Of a stretch of 64,000 nucleotides of DNA, positions 43,971 to 57,900 are shown piece after piece; the stretch's first letter is position 1, and each line of letters opens with the position of its first letter. Both the position numbers and the translations under genes were made by a program. This DNA is from Rebecca billardiae RCC1528 (lineage: Eukaryota > Protista > Haptophyta), in the NCBI GenBank assembly GCA_965240325.2, contig OZ251235.1:1550001-1614000 (forward strand). The letters are read 5' to 3'. Below the pieces are notes generated by a model. The model ran no database searches and was not told the DNA's origin. It was given only the letters and a program-made list of their open reading frames with translations.

Positions 43971-46329
43971 ATGGTGGCCGGGGCGCTGAGCAGCACCGTG
44001 CCCTCCATGGATGAGCTCATCGCGAAGCGGGCCGACGAGGCGGCCGTGGAGGCGCACGCGCCCTCGGTCCACGCAGCAATGCAGTCCACGGCAGCCCTCG
44101 ACCGTCGCAGCATCGAGGTGCCCAAGATCAGGCGCCGGCCAACCTCGGCGCCGCGCCGCTCGACCAAGACCGGCCTGATCGCCTTGCAGGGTGTGGCGCC
44201 GGGACGCAGCCGGACGCGCTCGGCACGCGGCGTGGCGCAGGAGGGGCGGAACGGGGTGCCGTCTCGCTCAGCGGCCGTGCCCGCGGCTGATGTCGACACG
44301 CTCAAGGACTCGCTGCTTCGCGCCAAGCACGAGTCGCAGGTGAGTGCGCCCAGCGGCGCGCGGAGCGGTGGGCAGCCGCGAGGGCGCACTGCTGAGGCCC
44401 GGCTGCGGGCCCGCATCGCGCGCGCCCTCGCCCCATGCGGCGCCCTCGCCGCACAGGCCCTGCGCGAGGAGAACCAGGCGCTGCGCGTCTCGGCCGCCCG
44501 CTCGGAGAAGGAGGCGAGGGCGGCGGAGCGCGAGCGCGACGAGGCGCTGGCTGCGCGCGCGCTCGAGTCGGCGACGGACGCGCGGCTGACGCACCGGCTG
44601 ACGGAGAGCGCGCTGATCGGCCGGCTCCGCGAGCGCGCGAAGGAGCTCTCCGCGCAGCTCGCCGAGAAGGAGCGCGAGCTGCACTCGCTGCGCGCAGGCT
44701 CGAAGCACGCGCGGGCCGTGCAGCTGGACGTGGAGCGGCGCGCGTACCTGGCGGAGACGCAGCGGCTGCGCCAGCTGCTCGAGGAGGGCGCGACGGACCT
44801 GGAGGCGCACAAGAAGCTGTGGCGGCGCGAGTTCGAGGAGGACCTGCGCCGTCGGCTCGCCGAGAACCGCGCGCTGCAGCAGCGCATCGAGCAGATGAAG
44901 CAGGTGCGCCGCCGCGCGCACGCGCGCGCGGCCACGCGGCGGCTGGCGCGGCCGCGCGGCCGCGCGGCCGCGCGGCCGCGCGCTCGCGCCGCGACCTCAC
45001 GCGCGCGCCGAGCCCGGCCGCGCGCGCCATGCGCCACGCTCGCAGCGTGAGGCGGCGCTCGACGAGGAGCTGGGCGTGTGGATCTCCGACAACGACCGGC
45101 TCAAGAGCGCGCTCGACGAGCTGCGCGCGCAGGCGGGCGCGGGCAGCGCCAAGGAGGCCGCGCGCGCTCTCGGCAAGGAGGTGGCGCGCGAGAAGCAGCG
45201 CGCGGCACGCGCCGAGGCGGCGGCGGCGGAGCAGGAGTCGGCGCTGCACGCGCGGATCGCGCAGCTCGAGGGCGCGCTGGCGAAGGCGGAGGAGCGCGCG
45301 CGCGCCGCGGTCGAGCGCAGCGCGAGGCTGGACGCCGAGCGCCGCGCTGCGCTCAAGGAGCTGGCGACCGCGCAGGCGTCGGCGCTGCAGCTCCAGCGCA
45401 CGAGCGGCGGCGGCGGGGCGGGCGCGGTCGCGGCGCCGCCAGCGCGCGCCACGAGCGCCGTGCGGATCGTCGACGCGTACGAGCAGCACGAGCTCGCGGC
45501 GCGCAAGGTGCAGGCGGCTGCCAAGCGCAAGCAGGAGCTCACGGAGCCGCCGCTGCGGAGCGCTGTCCCAGCCACCGACGCCGGCCAGGGCGCGGGAGCC
45601 GTCCGCGCCGCCGCAGTTCCGGGCAGAGCCGCGCCGCCGGCCGCGCCACCTCCGGCCGCCGCCACCGCCGACCCGACAGGTGAGAGGCGAAGCGCGCCCG
45701 GGCCAGGGGCGGCCGCTGAGGCCATGCGTGCGCCTCTGCCGCCGCCGCAGCAGTCGGCGGCAACTGCGCCAACGCCTGAGGCCGTGACGGCCGCGCCCCG
45801 CGTGGTCCCGGCGCCCCCGGCTGCGAGCTCTGAGCGCTCGCCGGCGCCGAGCGGCACCGAACGAGTGGCGGGCGCGCAGGGCCGAGCAGCTGAACCGGAG
45901 CCAGCTGCCGCGGTCGCGCCGACGGCGCCGACGGCGAGCACGACGCGCATGGGTGCGCAGGTCTCGGGCGGTGGGCAAGCCGATGCCGCGCTCGCAGGGG
46001 TCGCCGGCGGCGGGCAGCAGCGGGCTCCGCCGCCGGCGCAGCCCGCTGCTGCGAGCGCGCAGGTGCCCAGCGCTGCCGCCGGCGCGTCCACTGAGCCGGC
46101 AGCAGCTCCGACGGCTTGTTCCGGCGGTGCCGGAGGCGGCGGCACGAGCAGCACTGGCGGCGCGCCTGGTGATGGGCAAGCAGGTGGAGGGCGCAGTGGT
46201 CTCGTCGGCGTCATCGCCCTTGACCCCCTCTCAGAGCTCGAGGACTCTGCGGAAGATGCCGGGCAGCCGGTCAGAAGCGGCAGCCGAGTCTCGGAACCAC
46301 TCTCCTCGATCTCGGATGATACATTCTGA
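43971..46329 (+). CDS. coiled-coil protein, IQCE-like; introns 44340-44456 and 44904-45045
   Basis: LRERAKEL..EKERELHSLR..QLDVERRAYLAETQRLRQLL; IQ-like AARKVQAAAKR; GT-AG joins keep frame into ORF 45076..46329. Confidence 0.68.
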
Positions 46330-46979
46330 CGATGACGATGAGTATCGACTACTTCGTCATCCGCACCGGGGCAGCCTAGCCTACCCAAGCGGCTAGGGCA
46401 GTCGCGGTGGACTACCGTTCCTGACGAGACAGTGAGACACAGAGCGGTCTGCGGTGGAAACTGCCAATCGTCCCGCGAAACAGCATCTCGTCACGGATAC
46501 GGGATAGTAGACAATAATCATTCTCACAGTGCCAGTGAGTGAGTGTGACTACATCATCAGTCATGTCTACTGAGTCTGAGTGACCGAGTGAGAGTGAAGA
46601 CTCTGTCTGCTAGATAGAGAGCGCAGTCGAGTCTAGTCTCTAGAGATAGTGTCGTAGTGATTGATCGATTAGTTAGATACGAGCAGTGACTGAACTGACG
46701 TCTCACATCAAGTAGTCAGGCAATAATTCATCAATTTCAAACGTCGTGGCGGATCTGATCGCGGTTACAGAGCCGTCGTCAGACGCGACAGCGCTACGGA
46801 GTACGCCTGTACGGACTACGGAGTATACTGTAAGTAAGCCAGTAAGGTCCGTCACTGCGGGCACTCACCCTGGACTGACTCACTCACTCACACGTCACGA
46901 GTGACTCACGACGGCGTGGAGTCCGTCACTGAGTCCGTGTCTGGCCTCTGGGCAGCACGCAGAACTCTGGGAAGCACAA

Positions 46980-47618
46980 TCACTGCTTACCTCGCTTGCT
47001 CTCCGCGATGAGCGCTTCCACCCGCTTGAGCTCGCGCATCCGCTCTGCGATCTCTCCTTTCACAGTCTGCTCATGCCGCGCGTGGCCGAGGGCGCGCATC
47101 TCGCGGATGAAGGCGTGCCGCTCCTCCACCTCCTCAACAATCTCATCGCGCATGCGCTCGAGCTCCGAGCGCGCGTCCTTTGGCGCCAGGTCGGCCAGCG
47201 GACGGGTTGCTGACCTCGGCGGCGGCATAGGCTCGTCGCCGAATTGCAGCTTGTTCTGCAGCTTTGCCTTGAGCTCTTCTCGGTCGACGCCTGGGCGTCC
47301 ACCCGCATACGAGTCACGGGCATAGCCGTTGGAGTCGGTGACGATCTGCTGCTGGGGCTTGCGACCCATTCCACGTGTGATCATGGGGTTGATCGGCACT
47401 CCTCGGTAGGGATCCTGCCAAGGACCTTGGGGCGCCAGGGACTCAACTGACCGCTCACGTCGGTACGCCGTCGGCCGGGGCCCGGTCGCTGGGAGTGCGT
47501 CGCCAGTGGACATCCTCCGGCGAAGCTCCTTCTGCTGGTGAGTAGTGAGCTTCGAATCAGCCATCATCTTCTCGAGGAGCTCCTGCGTGCCCTTGGAGTA
47601 GGCTGGAGACTTGCCCAT
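46980..47618 (-). CDS. UPF0193/EVG1-family protein
   Basis: YSKGTQELLEKMMADSKLT..QQKEL and DEIVEEVEERHAFIREMRALG..EIAERMREL. Confidence 0.8.
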   Translation of the reverse strand: MGKSPAYSKGTQELLEKMMADSKLTTHQQKELRRRMSTGDALPATGPRPTAYRRERSVESLAPQGPWQDPYRGVPINPMITRGMGRKPQQQIVTDSNGYARDSYAGGRPGVDREELKAKLQNKLQFGDEPMPPPRSATRPLADLAPKDARSELERMRDEIVEEVEERHAFIREMRALGHARHEQTVKGEIAERMRELKRVEALIAESKRGKQ

Positions 47619-47899
47619 CGCCGCAGCGGCGGCTCGGGTCGCCGCGGTCACTCACGCCCAGCAGCCGCACGCAACCGCGCGTCTGATGAAACGGTCGTCG
47701 ATATCGCACGTTGGAGCAAGTGGATTTTTAAAGTAGTCTCGTCCTTGGTTGGAGCTGCGATAAAATAAAACTGTGCCCTGGCGGGCGCGGGGGTCGGCGG
47801 GCCGTGCCAGTGCTGTCGCAATGTTTCCTCTGCGGGTTCGCGTCTTTCCACAGCATGCGCTCGTGGCCGTGGGTGACGGACAGTCGGACCAGTGAGTGA

Positions 47900-48150
47900 C
47901 TCAGTGACACCTGTGAAGTTCTCCCACGCGGCCTCGGCGGTACGCGTCCGTGCGCATCCGAGCGAGGCCCACACCCACGAGGGAATGTGCAGCACGCGGA
48001 GCGGGGCGGGTAGCCCGTTGCTCCGCGCGAGCGCGGGTACGCGCTGTATGTGCCGCATCTCGACCGCGATGGCGTAATCGAGCGCCTCGCCACCGACGAA
48101 GCCGCCAGAGAAGATCGTGTGCATGTCCTCCTGCCGCCAGCCGAGAGCGG
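47900..48150 (-). pseudogene. possible Ulp1/C48 protease N-terminal remnant (transposon-derived?)
   Basis: EDMHTIFSGGFVGGEALDYAI...RVLHIPSWVWASL loosely resembles the DL.TL..WL.DE.I / F..L pattern; no catalytic H/D/C seen. Confidence 0.22.
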
Positions 48151-49197
48151 TCGTCGCGAGGACGCTTGCCGATGTCCGCTCCAGGCATGATGGGCTCGGC
48201 GCAGGTCGCGTTGACATCGTACACGGCCGCCAGGCTGAGCACGAGCGCGTTGACGTTCACGCGGTCGTCGCTCTTCGCCTCTTCGACAGGTCTGGCGCCC
48301 GCGTGTTCGGCGGCACGAGGAGCTGTTGGTTGTGCGCGCGCGCGCGCACACAGCGACAGCGTGTGCCACTCGCGATCGAGAGTGGGCACGAGCTGCTCAC
48401 GCGGGCACACGAATCGCAGCGCATCCGTCACCGGCGTGACGACTTCCGCCTCGTCCCGCAGCGCCTGCGCCATGGACGAGGATGGCGCGGCGATGTTGCA
48501 TGCTCGACGTTTCATCTCTCTGCGGATGGCATCACGGGCTTGTCTGTGTCGCGCTGCGGCGAGGGTCGCCAACTCGCGAAGACGCGGTTGCTGCCACGGC
48601 GACAGACCCGGGAGGTGCGTCCGCTGCGCGTCGTACGCCGTTGGCGTTGCGCTTCCGTCGCATTGGTCACCGTCGACACCATGCAGGCCGGACGTGGGCT
48701 TCGGCGGACCGCGAGCGAGGACTGAGTCCGGTGCGCGGATTTCCGGCGATCGAGTTCAGAAGGCCGCGCCAAATCTTGCGTCGTGCGATGGCGCTTCCCG
48801 CCCGCGAGACACCTCGTGATGAGGGCCTTTCCGCACCGAGCCCGACGCGCGGCGGTGCATCGAGCGAGGCGGTCATCGTGCGCAGCGCATGATGCTATGG
48901 CCGGTGCGAGCTTTCGACGTGCACGTCGGGCGAGGATCGCCCCAGGTCGCACGATCGTGTCGACGCGCCGAGCGTACCGCTCCAAACGCGTCGATTTAGC
49001 CCCCGTTCGACCTGCACGCGAGACGACGAGGGCAGCAATCGCGAATCGGGCGAAAACACCGTTCGGGAATCCCCGCGCGATGTCCGCGCCGGCGTTGGAT
49101 TTGGCGCGCGCGGCCCATGCGCTCCGCGCCGTGACGCACTGTCTTTTCGGCCGAGCGTCCCCAGTGGGAGCTGCGAGGGCGCCCGGTAACGTCTTAA

Positions 49198-50331
49198 CCC
49201 CTATTGTTGAACGGGCCCCTATTGTTGAACGGAGGCAATCTTCGCTATGTAGCAGGCTGATTACGCGGGGGCGATGGGATCAGCGGCTACCGCCGTGTGC
49301 GCCTGGCCAAGGCGCGTCCAACGAGCCCAAGAACGTCGCCATAGCCCCGCCCCAGCGCCGTCCGCAGCCGATCGTTTGCTGAAGTCAGAGCTGAGAATCT
49401 GGTGTGAAAAAATGGTTTTCGGCTCCTGTAGGCCGAAGCTTCGGCCGGGAGAGCGCGCACGGTATTTTTGGGAGCTCACCGATACAGTAGCACCCCGGCC
49501 GGGGGAATCAAGCCGGCTTGCCGCTGCCGCACTCGTGCATGGAGCGCGAGTGACACGAATTGGGTGAGGTCAGCATGGCTGATTCCTGGGTTGGAGGGTC
49601 AAGGACGCCCCGCCGCGGCGGGGGGCGGTGCGGCGGCGCGAGCTGACTAGTGGCGATGACAAAGGCTCAAGGCGCAGCACACGTGGGGTGGCATGGCAAA
49701 GTCTCCGCGCCGGATGGACGAGTCATGGCATCAGACGCTGGGCGATGAGAGCAGGTGCGGGCTAGGCGACCACGGCTGCGACGCGACGCTTCGAAGCTGC
49801 TGTGAGTGACGCGACGGACCCGGCCACCGCGCCAGCACCCAACTCTACCGATCGTACAATCGGCAGCCAGGCAGTCGTGCCGTGCTTGTCAAGCTGGATG
49901 CTGGTGTCGTTGGGCATGTTGCTGTTGCAAGCGGGGCACGATGCCAAATGCTGAACGCATGCACCAGAGCGCGGCGGAGCAGCAGGTCGTGCTTCGCCAC
50001 GAGCTGACACACGCGCACCAACGCGGCCGATTACCCGGCCACTAGCAAGCTGCTCGATACGCGGCTGCGCCCCATCACCATTCGGGCTGAGGATCTGGAC
50101 GCGGTCGCACGCAAGCGCACGCTGCTGGCTCACACGCCGTTCAACGATTACCGGCGTCGTCGCTTGGTGGGCTCGGCCGGGCTCAAACGTGGGCATTGGC
50201 ATCCCCGGCGGCGCGGAGACGTGGCTATCTTGCCTGCAGATCGGTGAGCATCCGACAGACCGCGTGCGTGCCCTCAGGTGCTGCTGCTGCACCACTACGC
50301 GCGCGCGATGAGCTCCGTTCAACAATAGGGG
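49198..50331. mobile_element. non-autonomous TIR element, piggyBac-like ends
   Basis: TTAA|CCCCTATTGTTGAACGG (49198-49214, repeated 49216-49234) and inverted CTCCGTTCAACAATAGGGG (50313-50331); right flank TCAT rather than TTAA. Confidence 0.6.
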
Positions 50332-50603
50332 TCATTCGACCCGTCGGTACGCAACCCGCAAGTGCGCGCGCGCGCGCGCGCACAGGCGGGCGAGTTCCGA
50401 GTACCGCAGTCTCAGGGGTGCATGGTCCCTTCGGCAGGACCCATACCCTGTGCATGACACCCGGCCAAAGTTCGCTTGCCGAGCCACACTGTCTCGTGGC
50501 AGGGCGGGCGTAAACCCCGTTTTCCGTTCATCAACAAACAATAGCGCGCCGAGGGCGAGCGCGGAAGCTCGACGCACCGTTATTTATAATAATATATACG
50601 TAA

Positions 50604-52226
50604 TGGCCCGCGGTGCAGGGCGGAGCGCGCAGCGTGGAGCCCGCACCAGCGGGCCCGAACCACGTTTCAAAAAGATCTTTGATCAAGAAAAAAGGGACGG
50701 GGGGCGATTTTTAGGGCTGGCGGAGACCGAGTTTCGAGTTTTTGAGATCGCATAGAGAGGTCTATTAGGCCGAAAATAAGCGCGTCCAGCTCATTCCCTT
50801 AAGTAAAGTGCGATCTGGACGTCAGCTGGACGTGACATTAACGTAACGGTTCGTTACGAGCGCGATTTTGTGGGTAGACTCTCGTTCATGTGTGATAGTT
50901 TGCCTCCGCCTTGATGAATATGAACTTGGCTTCGCGGCGGTTGGTATCTAGAGTCTAAAACCCGCAAGCCTTATTGAAAATACCCGCGCAGCTATTCGTT
51001 GCCAGCCCATTCCATAGTCACTGACTTACCGAGCTGGCGAGCTCAAAACCTGCCGTCGTCGCAAGGACGACGTGCTGTGCAGGTTTCTTCTGCTGGGGTG
51101 GCGAGCGAGCCTCGACGACTCTTGGTTGGTCCGCAAGGGGGCGCTCGATGGGCAGGTGCGCGTGGCAAGTGCCGAGTGGCGCCTGGAGCGCGCGTCTGCG
51201 GCGGGTCCCGACGGCCGTCGACATCGCGTTCGTGCCCGCTCACTAGTCACTCCGCACGCCCCTGCCGCGCCCTGTCGATGCCTGCGCGGCCGGCCGGCGC
51301 GCGGCCGCGCCGCCGCCGCCGCAGCCGCCGCCCTGTGTTCGGGCTCTCGCAAGCTCGGGGGCAGCGGCGCATGATGCCGGACTGATCGATCTCGGAGTCT
51401 CCGACTTCACCACACGCCCCCCTTGCCATGCCTCTCCGCCAGGGTCTCCCAGAACTCTTCTTCAGAGCAGGCGCAAGTCGAACTCGGAACTGGCCGCGGC
51501 CCCGCGCGCCGTCGGCTCCCCGTGGCTGTCAGCTCCGCGTGGCCTGGGCGCCTGGCGTGCCCAGAGCTGGCCGTGCCTCTGCGACGCGTGCCGAGCCTGA
51601 CCGAGGTGTGTCACCCCGTGCACGCGCGGCGCGCGCAAGCACCGGTGCTGCATGGCTGCTCGCACCGTGCTCCCTGGCTCGCGGTCAGTCAGCTCGGCCG
51701 CGTGGTGCCTGGTGTGCACGTAGAGTCGCGCTCATGCGTCGCTCACGCCTCGCGCCCGCCTGTCGGCCGTCGCGCAGGCGCGCAGGTCGAACCCTACTGA
51801 CCTGCAGATCATCTACTCCTGCGCTGCTGGCGTCGCGGCGACGACGGTCAGCGGCAGGCCCGAACGAACGGTCGAATCCGCGCGGTCCCGCGCCGTCCGG
51901 CTCCCTGGCTGTCAGTCAGCTCCGCCGGTGGCCTGGCGTGCAAGAGTCGCGCTCGTGCGTCGATCACGCCGAGTCGCATCCGCCTGTCGGCCGTCGCGCA
52001 CGCGCAGGGGGTCAGGTAAGGGCCGTCTGTGATGAGGGCAGCTCGGCCGACGACCGACATCCACACTCGGCGCACGCCGGCGGCGGCGCGGCGCTGGCCG
52101 CGCTGGGGCGGCGCGCCGCTGGATGGAGTCTAGTTACACGTGTACGGGACGACTGCGACGGAGGGTGCACCGCCACCGCGGGCCCCGAACTACGTTCGTT
52201 CTACGGAAAAGGACCGCGGAACGCGG

Positions 52227-52229
<3 letters not shown>
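50604..52229 (+). mobile_element. Helitron2/Helentron-like element, copy 3
   Basis: first ~265 bp near-identical to 11965-12230; last ~75 bp identical to the end of copy 2; three degenerate internal repeats at 51500-52010. Confidence 0.82.
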
Positions 52230-54640
<2,411 letters not shown>

Positions 54641-54998
54641 ATAAATATGCGGAGTCCCGAGAGCGCGGAGTGATGGGCGAGTCACCGTGACCGTGTCCGC
54701 GTCGGTCACCACATCCAGTTTCACGCCGGAGGGGAGGACCGACTCACCGAGCGAGGGTTGTCGATCGATGATCGATCGCCGACGGTCGCGGACACGGCCG
54801 ACGGCGGACCGGGCATCGACGTGTCCGACGTCCAAGGCCAAGCCCAACACTTCAAGACGCTGCGACGGACGGTAGGTCTTGGAGACGGCAGGCGCGTCGC
54901 CGCCGATCGGCACGGGCACTGGGCGGCTGTACTGGCGGGAGTCTTGGGGACGGCCGCGCGCGTCGTTGGTGCCGCCATGTGCGGGAGACGCAGTCTCA

Positions 54999-57900
54999 TC
55001 ACACGCGAGAATCGTCGGCGCCGTTCGGCACCGGCACCGGGCGGCTGTACTGGCGATCGGACTCGGGCGGCGGCGGCGGCCGATGCTTCGGTCCCATCCG
55101 GAACTGGAACTTTGACTTTTTCTCGTCGGCTGCGACGTTCGATCCGGCGACCGGTGCGGCCGGCTCCGCAGCCGGAGGCGGCTGCGCGGTGCGCGTGTCG
55201 CGCCGCGTGAGATTGGCAAACGACTTCGAGATCGAGCCGGCGAACGAGCCGAGGCGGGACTGGCGGCGCATCGCGGCACGCCGCTCCTTCTCCGCCAGGT
55301 CGGCGTAGAACTTCTCGTCGTCTTTCTACAAGGCAGACGGGCGCGAGCGCGCGCGCAAAGGGGCGGGGCGGCGTCAGTGGGCGCAGTGCGCTTGGAGGCG
55401 GGCACCCTCGGCGGGCGAGCGCCCTCGGCAGACGGGGCCATGCGGCAGGGCGGCCGCGAGCGCACCTTGAGCTTGCGGTAGTATCCCGCAATGGCAAACG
55501 CGATGCAGAGCAGGAGGCAGCAGGCGACGAGGGAGCTGACGGCAAGGATGGAAACCTGGTGACACAGCGGCGCGCGCGCGAGCGAACGAGCCGTGAGGGA
55601 GAGAGGGGTGCGGCTGGTGCGCGGTGCACTCGAGCGCACGCGCCCGCTGGACGGAGCAGTGCACGAGCGCTCGCTCGCACCTGGCCAGCGAACGAGATGT
55701 CGGCCGCTGAGGGCCCGAGCAGGCTATCATCAACCACCGGTGACGAGGGTGGGCTTGGCGGCGGCGAGGGCGGGGGCGGGCTGGATGGCAAGGGCGGCGG
55801 TGGCGGAGGCGGCGGGCTTGGCGGCGGGCTTGGCGGCGAGGGCGGGTTTGGCGGAGGCGCGGGTGGCAGAGGCGGCGATGGCGGCGGCGGCGGCGACGGT
55901 GGCGGCGAGGGCGGCGATGGGCTGGGCGGCGGTGGAGGGGAGGGTGGTGGCGCGGGTGGCGACAGAGGCGGTGGCGAGGGTGGAGGCAACGGCGGGCTCG
56001 GCGGCGGGCGGCTGGGCGGGCTCGGCGGGACGGGCGGCGGCGAGTAGAAGTCGCACGTGCCGTCGTTGTACGTGGCGGTCGGGTTGAAGTTGCGCGCGGC
56101 CGGTGCCGTGCAGCCGCCGTACGCGCACTGGCCGTTGTCGACGGTCGCGAACGAGTCGAAGTTCTCCGCGATCGAGTCGGTGCAGCCGGGGAAGTTGAAC
56201 TCGCACCCGGAGAGCACGGTCGCGGTCGGGTTGAAGTTGGAGGCCGCCGGGTTGGTGCAGCCGACGTACTGGCAGTTGGCCGCCTCGATCACCGCGTCCG
56301 AGCGGTAGTTGACCGCCGCCGTGTCCATGCAGCCGACGATGAGGAAGACGCACGCCGATGGCGTGTTGGCGGTCGAGTCGTAGTTGGTCGCGGTCGGCTC
56401 GAGGCAGCCGAGGAAGATGCAGCTCGAGAAGTCGAGCTGCGTGACCGACGCGTCGTAGTTGGACGCGCCGATCACGTTGCACCCGACCACCTCGGGGATG
56501 CACGAGCCATCGTCGTTCGTCGCGCCGGAGAAGTAGTTCTGCGCGACGGGGTCGGTGCAGCCGGGGAGGACGCAGGTGCCATCGTCGGTGGTGGCGCTGG
56601 AGTCGAAGTTGTCCGCGCTCGAGTCCGTGCAGCCCGGCACTGGGCACACGCAGCTGCCGTCGTTGGTCGTGGCGCTCGGGTTGAAGTTGGTGCAGCGCGA
56701 GAGCGTGCAGCCCGGGTACACGCAGCTGCCGTCGTCCTGGTTGGCGCCCGAGTCGTAGTTCTGCGCGGCGACGTCCGTGCAGCCGAGGGCGGGCAGCACG
56801 CACGCGCCATCCGGCGCGTTCGCCGTCGAGTCGTAGTTGAACGCGACCGGGTTCTGGCAGCCGAAGTAGGCGCAGTTGCCGTCCACGTCGGCGAGCGAGT
56901 CGTAGTTGTCAGCCGCCGGATCGAGGCAGCCGACGACCGCGATGTTGACGCAGTCGTTCGAGTCGACGGTCGCGCTCGGGTTGTAGTTGCCGGCGAGCGG
57001 GTTGAGGCATCCGGTGTACACGCACGAGCCGTCGTCCGTCCCGGCGATCGAGTCGTAGTTGTCCGCGGCCGAGTCGGTGCAGCCAAGCACGTTCACGAAC
57101 GAGCACGCGGCTGCGTCGTTCACCGTCGCCGTCGAGTCGTAGTTGTCGGCGAGCGAGACGCGGCATCCCGCGTACTGGCACGAGCCGTCGTTCGTGTCCG
57201 CCGTCGAGCGGTAGCTGATCGAGGTCGAGTCGGTGCAGCCGAACTTGGGGTAGATGCAGCTGCCGTCGTTCGTGTTGGCGGTCGAGTCGTAGTTGCGCGC
57301 AAAGGTGAGCGTGCAGCCCCGGAAGACGCAGCTGCCGTCGTCGACGGTCGCGAAGGACTCGTAGTTGCGCGCGGCGGGGTTCGGGCACCCAGGGATGGCG
57401 CCCGTGCACGAGCCGTCATTCACGGTTGCGGCAGACAGGTAGTTGTCCGCCTCCGGGATCGTGCAGCCGCTGATGACGCACGAGCCGTCGTCCACGGTCG
57501 CGGCCGAGTCGTAGTTGGTCGCGCGCGTGTCGAAGCAGCCGCGGATGAGGAAGAAGCAGCTGCCGTCGTTCACCGTGGCCAGCGAGTCGTAGCTGTCCGC
57601 GTTCGAGTTCTTGCAGCCGGAGAGGAAGCACGAGCCGTCGTCCACCGCCGCGTCCGAGTTGTAGTTGGTCGCGAGCGGGTCGGTGCAGCCGCCGAGCGGC
57701 GAGATGCACGAGCCGTCGTCCGTGTTCGCCGTCGAGTCGAAGTTGGTCGCGGTCGAGTCGACGCAGCCGAAGTGGCGGTAGCGGCAGCTGCCCTCCTGGA
57801 GCGTGTTGGCCACCAGGTTGAAGTTGATCGCCGACGTGTCCGTGCAGCCCAGGATGCTGTACTCGCAGACGGTGTTGCCCTGCGAAGTCGCGTTCGAGTT

